Below are positions 24,303-34,526 of a DNA stretch of 64,000 bases, piece by piece. This stretch comes from Candidatus Latescibacterota bacterium. Lineage in GTDB: Bacteria > Latescibacterota > UBA2968 > GCA-2709665. A model generated the notes under the pieces. That model saw nothing but the letters and a program-made list of their open reading frames with translations, was not told the origin of the DNA and searched no databases. Position numbers and translations under genes: made by a program. Positions within the stretch are counted from its first letter, which is position 1. Every line of letters starts with the position of its first letter. The stretch is taken from contig OZ252100.1 in assembly GCA_965248435.1 (NCBI GenBank), forward strand, positions 416,001 through 480,000, read 5' to 3'.

Positions 24303-26807
24303 TTAATGAGGAATCCCGTACTGATGCATCCGCTTGTGAATCGCCTCACGAGCCTCGACGAACGGCCGCTCCAGGTAGGCCAGGTGGTCTTCTTCGCCGT
24401 GGTGGTGCGTCACCTCTCCGGGCCTGTGCTGACGGCTGGTGTGTTGGATGTAAGAGATACATCCACCCACGAGGGTGAGCATATACTCCGCGCCTTCTTT
24501 ATTGAACATCCACCACTCGCCGCCGCACGCGATATAAACCGGCGACGTGTGGGCCATCACCCCGCGGCCCCATCCATCTAGATGAGGAACCGACTCCGCG
24601 TAGCCCGGCCCCCCACATCTTGCAGCCAGCCAGGAGTGGCCTTCCACCCTGACCTTGGCCTTCAAGCTCAGCCTTCGGGCCCCCGCAGATTCGTTCGAAG
24701 CGGCCACAACACGCCCCTCCTGCACGACCTCCAGTGAGTGGATGGGCAGGATCGACTCGGCCTCCGCCGTAACCTCCACGGTGCCGCCGTTGCCCGGCAG
24801 GGTCACGGTGTCCCCGACCGCGTGGCCGTCGACGCTGAACTTGAGGATCGGACCGCCGCTGTGAAAGGTCCTGCCGGCGGCCATATTCCTGCACCAGTTT
24901 TCATACGAGAACGGTTCGTCGGGTGGGATGTAGACGTAGGTCCGGTAGATCCCCACCGGCACGTCGCTCGTCATCTTATCGGTGCCGCCGACGAGCGGAA
25001 GTTTGTAGCCGGTGTTCAGATAGCGATAGTACTCCTGATGATTGTACATCCCGTGCCAAAGCATCTCAACCGCGTCGGCCCTGCCCGTAGCGATCAATGC
25101 GGCGGGCTCCCCGTTCGGCTCCGGCAGATGTGGAATGACCACCGTGCCGCCCTGTGCGTGACACCGGTCCGCCCAGTCCGACATCGTCACTTCCAGCGTC
25201 CCCCCCAGTTCGGCCTCGCTCGGGCCGTCGGAGCACCAGGGCATCACGACGTCCTTCAGGCCCATCAGAATCAGATGCCCGAGGAAGTGCTGCCGGTTCT
25301 CGGAACCGACATAGACGATACTGCTGCCGTCGGGGGAGACACTCGCCCTACCGGTGAATTCCTCCGTGCCCGTGAACAGGCTGCCCCACTGAGAAGGCAA
25401 GAGGTTGACCACGTTCAGGTCTTCGCCCTGCGCCTCGGTGTGGCTGCCCTGAGTCGAGAGGAAGTGGACGTGCGAATCTCCGCTGAACCATCTCTCCTGG
25501 TTCATGTGACACCAGCGCTTCAGTCGCAGCTCGAGCTCCCGCTGGCCCGGCTTCAGCTCCACCCTCGCGCGCAGCGGCTCGTACTCGTAGCCCCGGGCGA
25601 CATCAACGATCACTCTCCCTCTGGGCAGCCATCCCTGGCAGGTCCCGTCGATGTAGGCGTAGCTGATCTGCTCGAGTCTCACGTCCCCACCCACGTCGAT
25701 ATGCCAGCTCCCCAGGTTCGAATTGACGTGGGCGTGGTGGCCGTGCGGGGCGTACGGGATGCCCTCCGGGGAACGGAAGTGGACGCGGCAGGGAACCGGC
25801 TTGCCCGTCTCGTCGTCCACGACGCGGGTGTGCACCCAGTTCCGGCCCCGATCTACGATGCGAACGTTCAGTCTCTCTGTGGGGTCGAGCTGGCCCTCAC
25901 TCTCCAATTCGCCCCACGCCACCTCGCCGAGGACTTCTCCGCCCTGTTTCACTTTGACCGTTGCGGAGGGGATCGCCGCCACCTCCACGTAGGCGGGGCT
26001 GCTCTTTTCGTTCTGTGGTTCCCCCCATCCCTTCTTGTCGTCCTTCAGAAAATCCTCCGCCGACTGTTCCGGCAGCGGTTGTGGATAGGTCGCGATGCCC
26101 CGGTCTACATCCACTTCCAGATCGAACGGCTTCTCCGCATCCTCCTGCAGGGGCAGGGTGATAATGACTTCCCTTTTCGCCTCCCTGGAAATGGGAGGTT
26201 CATCTCTGAAGCCCAGGGTAATGCCCCCGATTAGGAAGCCCGGACCGGCGGGTACCACCTCCAGGGCCTCCAGGCCCAGGTCCGGGCTGGGATTCTCCCA
26301 GACCCAGAGGACATAGTTCTTTACCGAGGCCGGTATCGATTCTTTCTGTCTTAGGCCCATCTGGTCCCAGGGCCCCTCGGAACGCGGCATGAGACGGTCC
26401 TGCTGGTCGTCAAACGCGATAAAGGGCCGCCCTTCGCCCCCGGAAGAGCCGGGAGGCACGACCGTGATCTCGAAGCGCTCCCGAATGGACACCCGCTCTG
26501 TCTCGCCCCCGTTCAGGTGAAAGAGGTATTCGGCCACGGGTTCGCCGATCGGACCCCCTTCGCTGATCCTGGACTTCAAGAGCCGGTGGGCAACGATCAC
26601 CCGCCGTGCCGGTCGGTTGATGGGAATCGTCAATGGACCTTCGTTTGTCTCCTTGCCAAAGGCGACAAAACAGCGCTCGCCCGTCCCGACCTGAAAGGGA
26701 AGGCCGTGGTAGATCAGGTCACCCGTTTCGGGCGTTCTTTCCTCTTCCACCAACTCTGATCCCGCGTTACAGAATTCAGACAGGTCCAGAGGTTCATAGT
26801 CATCCAT
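24303..26807 (-). CDS. CehA/McbA family metallohydrolase (PHP-like), copy 1
   Basis: GGAGG SD; WFSGDSHVH, GSENRQHFLGH, YYRYLNTGYKLPLVGGTDKM, AHTSPVY. Confidence 0.88.
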   Translation of the reverse strand: MDDYEPLDLSEFCNAGSELVEEERTPETGDLIYHGLPFQVGTGERCFVAFGKETNEGPLTIPINRPARRVIVAHRLLKSRISEGGPIGEPVAEYLFHLNGGETERVSIRERFEITVVPPGSSGGEGRPFIAFDDQQDRLMPRSEGPWDQMGLRQKESIPASVKNYVLWVWENPSPDLGLEALEVVPAGPGFLIGGITLGFRDEPPISREAKREVIITLPLQEDAEKPFDLEVDVDRGIATYPQPLPEQSAEDFLKDDKKGWGEPQNEKSSPAYVEVAAIPSATVKVKQGGEVLGEVAWGELESEGQLDPTERLNVRIVDRGRNWVHTRVVDDETGKPVPCRVHFRSPEGIPYAPHGHHAHVNSNLGSWHIDVGGDVRLEQISYAYIDGTCQGWLPRGRVIVDVARGYEYEPLRARVELKPGQRELELRLKRWCHMNQERWFSGDSHVHFLSTQGSHTEAQGEDLNVVNLLPSQWGSLFTGTEEFTGRASVSPDGSSIVYVGSENRQHFLGHLILMGLKDVVMPWCSDGPSEAELGGTLEVTMSDWADRCHAQGGTVVIPHLPEPNGEPAALIATGRADAVEMLWHGMYNHQEYYRYLNTGYKLPLVGGTDKMTSDVPVGIYRTYVYIPPDEPFSYENWCRNMAAGRTFHSGGPILKFSVDGHAVGDTVTLPGNGGTVEVTAEAESILPIHSLEVVQEGRVVAASNESAGARRLSLKAKVRVEGHSWLAARCGGPGYAESVPHLDGWGRGVMAHTSPVYIACGGEWWMFNKEGAEYMLTLVGGCISYIQHTSRQHRPGEVTHHHGEEDHLAYLERPFVEAREAIHKRMHQYGIPH

Positions 26808-27015
26808 GTCTGTCCTCCAAATCGAATAAGAAATTCCCACCAGATTTGATCCGGCAGGAATGAGGAATGGCTCCGCGCCTATTTAATGCCTTCGGTCTAT
26901 ACTGTCAATACGATTCTCCTGATGCGTGATTATGTAACGACTTTCTGGGACCTGCCCTCCAGGAAGCGATCACATTCTCTACCGCCCCACTTGAAGATCG
27001 AGCGGATTCTATCTA

Positions 27016-27059
27016 GCCGTCTGCCGTCCGTCGTCTGCCGTCTGCCGTCTGCCGTCTGC
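27016..27059. repeat. Tandem heptamer repeat (GCCGTCT)n
   Basis: gccgtct gccgtcc gtcgtct gccgtct gccgtct gccgtct gc. Confidence 0.85.
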
Positions 27060-27095
27060 GGGTGATAAGACAACAAATTGGGCTTTGTGCCTCAC

Positions 27096-29599
27096 TCAAT
27101 GAGGAATCCCGTACTGATGCATCCGCCGGTGGATCGCCTCTCGAGCCTCGACGAACGGCCGCTCCAGGTACGCCATGTGGTCTTCCTCTCCATGATGATG
27201 TGTGACTTCGCCGGATCGATGCTGGCGGCTCGTGTGTCGAACGTAGGAGATGCACCCATCCACGAGGGTGAGCATATACTCCGCACCCTCTCGATTGAAC
27301 ATCCACCATTCGCCGCCGCACGCGATATAGACGGGCGACGTGTGGGCCATCACGCCCCGCCCCCATCCATCCAGGTGGGGAACCGACTCCGCGTAGCCCG
27401 GCCCCCCACATCGCGCCGCCAGCCAGGAGTGACCCTCCACTTTGACCTTGGCGTTCAGGCTCAGCCTTCGGGCCCCCGCAGATTCGTTCGAAGAAGCCAC
27501 GACACGCCCCTCCTGGACGATCTCCAGTGAGTGAATGGGCAGGATCGACTCTGCCTCCACCGTAACCTCTACGGTTCCCCCGTTGCCCGGCAGAGTGACC
27601 GTATCCCCCACACGGTGGCCGTCCACACTGAACTTGAGGATCGGCCCGCCGCTGTGGAAGGTCCGACCGGCGGTCATATTCCTGCACCAGTTTTCATATG
27701 TGAACGGCTCGTCCGGAGGGATGTAGACGTAGGTCCGATAGATCCCGACCGGCGTGTCGCTCGTCATCTTGTCCGTACCACCTACGAGAGGAAGCTTGTA
27801 GCCAGTGTTCAGATACCGATAGTATTCCCGATGGTTGTACATCCCGTGTCGTAGCATTTCGACCGCGTCTGCACGTCCCGTCGCGATCAATGTGGCGGGC
27901 TCCCCATTTGGGCTCGGCAGATGAGGGATGACCACCGTGCCACCCTGGGCGTGACACCGGTCCGCCCAGTCCGACATCGTCACTTCCAGCGTTCCCCCCA
28001 ACTCGGCCTCGTTCGGACCGTCAGAGCACCACGGCATCACGACGTCCTTCAGCCCGAGCAGGATAAGGTGCCCCAGAAAGTGCTGCCTGTTCTCGGAGCC
28101 GACATAGACGATACTGCTGCCGTCGGGTGACACGCTCGCCCTTCCTGTAAACTCCTCGGTGTTCGTGAACAGGCTGCCCCACTGAGAAGGAAGGAGATTG
28201 ACGACGTTCAGATCTTCACCCTGGGCTTCAGCATGGCTGCCCTGAGTCGAGAGAAAGTGGACGTGTGAGTCTCCGCTGAACCATCTGTCGCGATTCATGT
28301 CGCACCAGCGTTTCAGGCGAAGCTCCAGCTCCTGCTGTCCCGGCTTTACTTCCACCCTGTCGCGCAATGGTTCGTACTCGAACCCCCTGGCGACATCCAC
28401 GATCACCTCACCCCTCGGCAGCCAACCCTGACAGGACCCGTCGATATAGGCATAGGTGATCTGTCCCATCCGCAGATCTCCGCCCACGTCGTTATGCCAC
28501 GTGCCCAGGTTGGAATTGACGTGCGCGTGATGGCCGTGTGGGGCGTACGGTATGCCCTCGGGGACCGGAAATGGACGCGACAGGGAACCGGCTTGCCTGT
28601 CTCGTCGTCCACGACGCGGGTGTGCACCCAATTCCGGCCGTTGTCCACGACGCGGACGTTCAGCCTTTCCGTGGGGTCGAGTTGGCCTTTGCTCTCCAAT
28701 TCGCTCCATGGCACCTCCCCGAGCACTTCACCACCCTGTTTCACCTTGACAGTCGCTGATGGAATGGCCGCAATCTCCACGTAAGCGGGGCTGCTTTTCT
28801 CGTTCTGCGGCTCACCCCATCCCTTTGTCGAATCCTGCAGGAAGTCTTCCGCCGACTGCTCCGGAAGCGCGTAGGGATAGGTCGCGATACCTCGATCCAC
28901 ATCTACTTCTAGGTCGAACGGCTTCTCTGCGTCTTCCTCCTGCGGCAGGGTGATGATGACTTCCCGGGTCGCCTCTCGTGAAATCGGATGCTCGTCTCTA
29001 TGCCCAAGTGTGATCCCCCCGATGAGGAAGCCCGGGCCGGCCGGAATCACCTCCATCGCCTCTATCGTCCTGTCCGGTTTCGGGTTCTCCCAGACCCAGA
29101 GAACATACTCTAGCGCTGCGCCTGGGATCGACTCCATCTGCCTCCGTCCCGCCTGCTCCCACGGTCCCTCGTAGCGTGGCATGAGGCTGTCCTTTTGGTC
29201 GTCCACCGCGAGAAAGGGCTTGCCCTCACCCCCAAAAGACTTCGGGGGCACGACCGAGATTTCAAAGCGTTCCCGAATGGGCACCCGCTCCGTCTCGTCC
29301 CCCTCCAGGCGAAAGAGGTATTCGGCCACGGGGTCGCCGATCGGCCCCCCCTCCTTGATCGCGGACCTGAGGAGCCGGTGGGCTACGATCACCCGCCGTG
29401 CCGGTCGATCGATGGGGATCGTCAGTGGACCCTCGTCTATCCCTTCGCCAAAAGCCACAAAACATCGCTCACCCATCCCGGTCTGAAAAGGGAGGCCGTG
29501 GAAGGTCAAAGCACCCGTTTGTGGCGCTTGCCTCTCTGCTATCAACTCAACTCCTGCATTGCAGAATGCAGACAGGTCCAGCGGTTCATAGTCTTCCAT
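27096..29599 (-). pseudogene. CehA/McbA family metallohydrolase, copy 2, split by a 1-nt frameshift near 28560-28563 (may be a sequencing error)
   Basis: ORFs 28403-29599 and 27096-28709 together match copy 1 end to end; the junction HFRSP|EGIPY lacks one base. Confidence 0.85.
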
Positions 29600-29623
29600 G
29601 TCTGTCCTCCACTTGATGCCTTG

Positions 29624-30592
29624 TTATGTCACGACGTTTTGGGGCCTGTCCTCCAGAAAGGCGATCACGTTCTCTACCGCGCCACTGTTCAGCAGGTCGA
29701 CCCCTTCGGGCGTCATATCCGCGCAGTGCGGCGTGAGGACAACCTGCTCGCAAGAGAGCAGCGGATGGTCCGGCGCGACCGGTTCCTCATCGTAGACGTC
29801 GATGCTTGCCCCCCCCAGGTGTCCTGACCGAAGCGCTTCCACCAGCGCCCCGGTGTCTACGACGCCTCCTCTGGCACCGTTGATCAGGATCGCACCTTGC
29901 TTCATCAGCTCCAGCTCCCGTGCGCCGATCAGCCCCTTGCTCTGTTCGGTCAGTTTCACGTGAAGGCTAACTATGTCTGCCGTCTGCAGGAGTTCTTCAA
30001 GTTCGACGTACCGCAGCCCCAGATTCCCGCCGCGATCTTCCGAGGGGTGATAGGTCCACGCGATCACCTCCATTCCGATCGCGTTTCCCAGTCTCGCCAT
30101 CTCGGCTCCGATATTCCCCGTTCCGACGATCCCCAGGACCTTGCCCTGAAGCATCACGTTATCCATTCTGGGCCAGTGCCCTGCCTTCATTTCAGCGGTC
30201 ATATATGCCGCCCGCTTGGCCACGGCGAACATCAACCCGAACAAATGTTCAGCCACAACCGGCGCCGTCCGGCCCGGTTGATTGCAGATCACAATCCCTC
30301 TGGCCTTTGCCGCCTCCAGGTCGAACATATCGGTGCCGATCGAGCAGCTCGTGATCATTCTGAGTTTCGGGAGCTGCTCGAATTCCTCCATGCCCCAGGT
30401 CACCGCGCCTCGCGTGTTCATAAGAATGTCCGCACCTTTCGCCCGGGAGACCTTTTCCTCCAGCGTCTCCGGCCGATCCGAGTAAAGCACGACCTCTCCA
30501 TAGGTGTCCAAACGGGCAAGATGGGGGGACCCTGCGATCTGTACGGGGTGATCGCCGGGGATGACGATTTTGACGTTGGATTGCGTGGACAT
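29624..30592 (-). CDS. D-2-hydroxyacid dehydrogenase (phosphoglycerate/glycerate dehydrogenase family)
   Basis: GIVGTGNIG, INGARG, DVYDEEP, LTPHCA. Confidence 0.92.
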   Translation of the reverse strand: MSTQSNVKIVIPGDHPVQIAGSPHLARLDTYGEVVLYSDRPETLEEKVSRAKGADILMNTRGAVTWGMEEFEQLPKLRMITSCSIGTDMFDLEAAKARGIVICNQPGRTAPVVAEHLFGLMFAVAKRAAYMTAEMKAGHWPRMDNVMLQGKVLGIVGTGNIGAEMARLGNAIGMEVIAWTYHPSEDRGGNLGLRYVELEELLQTADIVSLHVKLTEQSKGLIGARELELMKQGAILINGARGGVVDTGALVEALRSGHLGGASIDVYDEEPVAPDHPLLSCEQVVLTPHCADMTPEGVDLLNSGAVENVIAFLEDRPQNVVT

Positions 30593-30751
30593 TTGGATCT
30601 TGCTCGAATAATCGAAAACTACAATATCTGCCAATCTCGCATGAACTGTTTGTTTGCCCAAGAAATATTTCACACCAAATTAGATCAAGAGAGCGGGACT
30701 TGAGATAAAGCCCTCGGGGACGATCGTCTTTCTGCTCGTGTTCCGTATTCC

Positions 30752-30789
30752 AAAAAGAAGGCCCCGGGAATCATCCAAATCCCAGGGCT
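30752..30789 (-). terminator. Intrinsic terminator after the response regulator
   Basis: GCCCTGGGA...TCCCGGGGC stem followed by CTTCTTTTT on the minus strand. Confidence 0.6.
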
Positions 30790-30842
30790 CATTACCAATG
30801 GTAAGGATTTCTATATCAGCGTCGGATCAGCTGTCGAAACCG

Positions 30843-31205
30843 CTATACCAACATCTTATCGATTGTACTCAACATTTCCTCTACATCCAGAGGCTTGGAT
30901 AAAGATCGAGCAGCCCCCAAATCTCTGACGGAGTTCATCAAGTCCGGTTTGCTTTCAAACGCACCCGACATGGCGATGATTTTGGCAGTCGGGAAATCTC
31001 GCCTCAATTCTCGAATCACTTCCAGCCCGTCCTTCTTTGGCATTTGGATGTCTGTGATTACGAGGTCGGTCTGTTGTTCGCGGTATGCGGTAACGCCGCT
31101 CTCTCCGTCGCAAGCTTCCAGCACGTTGTGACCCGCGAGCTCAAGGGTCCGCCGGAGTAAACGTCTTACCAGGTTTTCATCTTCAATAATCAAGATCTTT
31201 GCCAA
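30843..31205 (-). CDS. Single-domain response regulator (receiver)
   Basis: TTG start with GGAG SD; ILIIEDE, VITDIQMPKKDG, MSG, LSKP. Confidence 0.92.
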   Translation of the reverse strand: MAKILIIEDENLVRRLLRRTLELAGHNVLEACDGESGVTAYREQQTDLVITDIQMPKKDGLEVIRELRRDFPTAKIIAMSGAFESKPDLMNSVRDLGAARSLSKPLDVEEMLSTIDKMLV

Positions 31206-31298
31206 TGGATCTCCCTCCCGACTGTTTGTGGAGTAAGCCCTCTCCACCGAGAATCACGTAAAGAAGCTCCAACATCCTATGTTTTTTGACGTTAGATA

Positions 31299-31327
31299 TT
31301 GCCAACCGGGGATTCTTTTGCTATCAT
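31299..31327 (+). promoter_or_regulatory. sigma70 promoter of a candidate sRNA
   Basis: TTGCCA-17 nt-TATCAT with extended -10 TG. Confidence 0.6.
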
Positions 31328-31332
31328 GTACG

Positions 31333-31411
31333 TACCAAAGCGGTCAGGTTTTCCTGTTCGCTTGGTAGGCGCCGGAGGGTGAGCTGGCCAAGCTAATGCC
31401 CTCCGGCTTTT
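31333..31411 (+). ncRNA. Candidate ~80-nt two-hairpin small RNA
   Basis: Hairpin UACCAAAGCG...CGCUUGGUA, then terminator GCCGGAGGGU...GCCCUCCGGC-UUUU; has its own promoter; no ORF. Confidence 0.5.
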
Positions 31412-31426
31412 ATATGTTCCAAGGTG

Positions 31427-32497
31427 CTAGTTCAAGTTCGTTTTTCGCGCGATTTTGATTTTGATTTCTATTTCGTCACCGAACAGTTGATAATACCGGG
31501 ATTCGCGCAGCGCTAGAAGGTCTTCGAAACTCTCGTGATGATAAATTTCTTTAGCCAATTCCCATCGATCCAATAAATGCCATGTATCATTGTACTTCCT
31601 GAACGTGGCATCCACATCCTCCATCCTATGCGGATGAACTCTCTCAATCCTTTCTACACCACCCTCCCAACACGGAAACGATCTAGACAGTATGAATTCG
31701 GCAAACTGCCGCATTTCAAGATCGTCTGAATATTCATACAGAATCATACGGGCAATGATATCGTGGCAATGGCAACCATAAAAGAGTTTCCCCGGAAAAT
31801 GGTGCTGAGGTCTAAGGCGGGAAAGAACCGCAGGATCAAAGTCTGGCAGCTTAATCCCTATTGTTCTGGCCCCGTTGGTATTCCAGCAAATGTTCTCGAG
31901 CGTAGCGTCCGAAAGATCAGCACAGCGCAGATCCGCGATTTCTATCCAAACATTGCGAATCTCTGCCCCTTTCATACTGGTCATAGAGAGATCTGTCCGT
32001 TTGAGTGTTGAGTCCACGATTCTACAGCCATCCATCATAGCTCCACACAGATCCGTACGCTCTAACACAGCACCTGAAAGGTCTGCGTCACGGAGATTGG
32101 CCTGGCACAATTGAGAATGCCTTAGATTTGCCCCAGAAAGGTTAGCTCCCCGAAGATCTGCGCCAAACAAGCACCAATTGCTGAGGTCCTCTCCCGACAA
32201 ATCCGCACCTTTGAGTTCACCATTCAAGAAAACTCTTTGTTTTCGGCTATGATTGACCAGGCTTTCTGCGGTGATCTCACCATCTGTCTCATTTTCAATG
32301 AATTCAGCCAATACACTGGCAGTACCATTTCTCATCCTGTTTACCTTGTCATTGATCGCCCTGCTAACCGTATCTCGGCTCACTTTGTGCCCGTGCTGAC
32401 TTGTCCACGCTTCCACGTATTCAAGCTTGAAACCCTGCGTCTTGTATAGCGATTTCAACGTATTCGAAATGCGCCTGGCGACGAAGACTCCGGTCAT
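31427..32497 (-). CDS. Pentapeptide-repeat protein with N-terminal HTH-like region and uncharacterised C-terminal domain
   Basis: A(D/N)Lxx repeats from about residue 95 to 205; VSRDTVSRAIN resembles an XRE recognition helix; AT-richer than neighbours by eye. Confidence 0.8.
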   Translation of the reverse strand: MTGVFVARRISNTLKSLYKTQGFKLEYVEAWTSQHGHKVSRDTVSRAINDKVNRMRNGTASVLAEFIENETDGEITAESLVNHSRKQRVFLNGELKGADLSGEDLSNWCLFGADLRGANLSGANLRHSQLCQANLRDADLSGAVLERTDLCGAMMDGCRIVDSTLKRTDLSMTSMKGAEIRNVWIEIADLRCADLSDATLENICWNTNGARTIGIKLPDFDPAVLSRLRPQHHFPGKLFYGCHCHDIIARMILYEYSDDLEMRQFAEFILSRSFPCWEGGVERIERVHPHRMEDVDATFRKYNDTWHLLDRWELAKEIYHHESFEDLLALRESRYYQLFGDEIEIKIKIARKTNLN

Positions 32498-32950
32498 GTC
32501 CAGTTTCCTAATATGAAAACGTCTGAACGAAATCCCTATGTTTCGTGCTCATAGGAGGGTATAATTTAGAAGCGTTGCGGGAGTATATACTCTAGCGACA
32601 CCAACAGGCTGAGGAACGTTCTGCCTCCAAGCTGGCGCTCCTTGGCCTATTATTTTGCTCGCATTAATTTGTGGTGATATGGGCGAAAAGTCAAGATTTC
32701 GTTTCAGAGAGCCCTTATCCCCTTTGATAGCAACAGATTCGCATCAGCACCCCTTCCGACAAAAGCCCATTATTTTCTTACCCTCACCTGATCGTTTTCG
32801 ACCCATTCTTGGCCAAAGCCCGGCAACCCGCTGCTCTCAGTACGTTTGTGCTTGATCTGCCCAGTCTTGGTTGTTACCCTTTCTCGCCAGCAGCTGCTAG
32901 CCATTCCAGCATCGATCCTCTCTGATCCGTAAAACGCACCGCTCCCAGCT

Positions 32951-34423
32951 ATGTCCACCAAACCCTTCTCCCAAATCGGTCGTATAAAGAGCGTCGATCA
33001 GTTTCGCGAAACTGTCGCTCAACTCGGCCTGGACATACCGTGCGACGACGATATCCTGACCGAACCTGAATCCCCCCTGTCCCATCCATGCCAACTTGGT
33101 GATTTCCAGATCGGGAATCGCTTCGCCATCCAGCCGATGGAAGGCTGGGACGGTACGGCGGACGGAAACCCGACAGATTTCGTCACCCGCCGCTGGCGCA
33201 ACTTCGGATTGAGCGGGGCAAAGCTCATCTGGGGGGGTGAGGCCGTGGCCGTCTGCCACAGCGGTCGCGCGAATCCGAATCAACTCGTGAGCGGCGATCA
33301 CACCCGTGAAGGCATCGGGAGACTGCTGGAGGCGCTCCAGGAGACGCACCGGGAACAGGTCGGGTCGACGGACGACCTTCTGGTCGGGCTGCAGCTGACA
33401 CACTCAGGACGTTTCTGCCAACCCAACACCAAAGGCAAACCAGAGCCCAAGATCCTCTATCACCACCCGATTCTGGATCGCAAGTTCAACGTCGACCCCG
33501 AAATGCCGGTTCTGACGGACGATGAAATTCGGCGCATCATCGAGAACTATCTGGAAGCCGCTCGAATGGCCTGCGAACTCGGGTTTCGGTTCGTCGACGT
33601 CAAACACTGCCACGGCTACCTTGGACACGAATTCCTGAGCGCCTTCACGCGTCCGGGGCGATATGGCGGCAGCTTCGAGAACCGAACTCGATTTCTTAAA
33701 GAGATTGTTCAGGGCATTCGAGCGAGCGTCCCGAATCTCGAAATCGGCGTTCGCCTGAGTGCCTTCGACTTCGTACCCTTTCGTGCCGACACGGCGACGG
33801 ACAGCGGTCGCGGTGTGCCCGAGAACTTCTCCGAGTACCTCCCCTATCAGTTCGGTTTCGGTGTCGACAGGGGCGATCCGCTTAGCTTAGACCTCACAGA
33901 GACCTTCCTGTTCCTGGACCTGCTTGCAGAGCTGGATATCCGAATGGTGAACATCACCGCGGGAAGCCCGTATTACACGCCTCACATCCAGCGTCCCGCC
34001 CTTTATCCCCCATCAGACGGCTACCAGCCCCCTGAGGATCCCCTCGCCGGGGTTGCACGTCAGATCGACGCCACGGCACAGATCAAGGCCCGATATCCCG
34101 ACTTTCTCCTCGTCGGTTCGGCCTACTCCTACCTTCAGGAATATCTCCCTCACGTGGCCCAGTCCGTAGTGCGTGACGGAAAGGTGGACTTCGTCGGGCT
34201 GGGCCGGATGGTACTCTCCTATCCCGAACTCCCACACGACGTGTTGACCAAAGGCAAGCTGACCAAGCGAAAGATCTGCCGGACGTTCAGCGACTGCACA
34301 ACCGGACCCCGAAACCACCTCATATCAGGCTGCTTCCCGTTGGATCCCTTCTACAAAAAATCCCCCGAAGGCGAACGCCTGCGGGAGATCAAGAAGAAAT
34401 TGCGAATATCGAACGTCGAATGA
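32951..34423 (+). CDS. NADH:flavin oxidoreductase (Old Yellow Enzyme family)
   Basis: NRFAIQPMEG, LQLTHSGR, DVKHCHGYL, YGGSFENRTRF, GLGR; C-terminal CRTFSDC..C. Confidence 0.92.
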   Translation: MSTKPFSQIGRIKSVDQFRETVAQLGLDIPCDDDILTEPESPLSHPCQLGDFQIGNRFAIQPMEGWDGTADGNPTDFVTRRWRNFGLSGAKLIWGGEAVAVCHSGRANPNQLVSGDHTREGIGRLLEALQETHREQVGSTDDLLVGLQLTHSGRFCQPNTKGKPEPKILYHHPILDRKFNVDPEMPVLTDDEIRRIIENYLEAARMACELGFRFVDVKHCHGYLGHEFLSAFTRPGRYGGSFENRTRFLKEIVQGIRASVPNLEIGVRLSAFDFVPFRADTATDSGRGVPENFSEYLPYQFGFGVDRGDPLSLDLTETFLFLDLLAELDIRMVNITAGSPYYTPHIQRPALYPPSDGYQPPEDPLAGVARQIDATAQIKARYPDFLLVGSAYSYLQEYLPHVAQSVVRDGKVDFVGLGRMVLSYPELPHDVLTKGKLTKRKICRTFSDCTTGPRNHLISGCFPLDPFYKKSPEGERLREIKKKLRISNVE

Positions 34424-34518
34424 TGAATTTAGAATCTCGAAGGAAAAGCGGTCAAGAATGACTCAAGGGTTCTTCCTTCAACGTTTGATATTCTGCGGTT
34501 CGACATTCATCATTCGAC
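34403..34518. repeat. 7-bp-periodic (GAAT) inverted-repeat element
   Basis: Perfect 14-bp IR GTCGAATGATGAAT (34415-34428) / ATTCATCATTCGAC (34505-34518), with heptamer periodicity on both arms. Confidence 0.75.
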
Positions 34519-34526
34519 TCTTCTTT

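Noticed and set aside
24738-26234. Long plus-strand ORF (498 aa) and similar shadow ORFs (e.g. 7711-8742, 20789-22036, 3611-4615)
   Set aside because: Antisense to well-supported genes; expected in GC-rich DNA; no motifs.
27016-27059. Possible CRISPR array
   Set aside because: 7-bp tandem units without spacers; no cas genes in the window.
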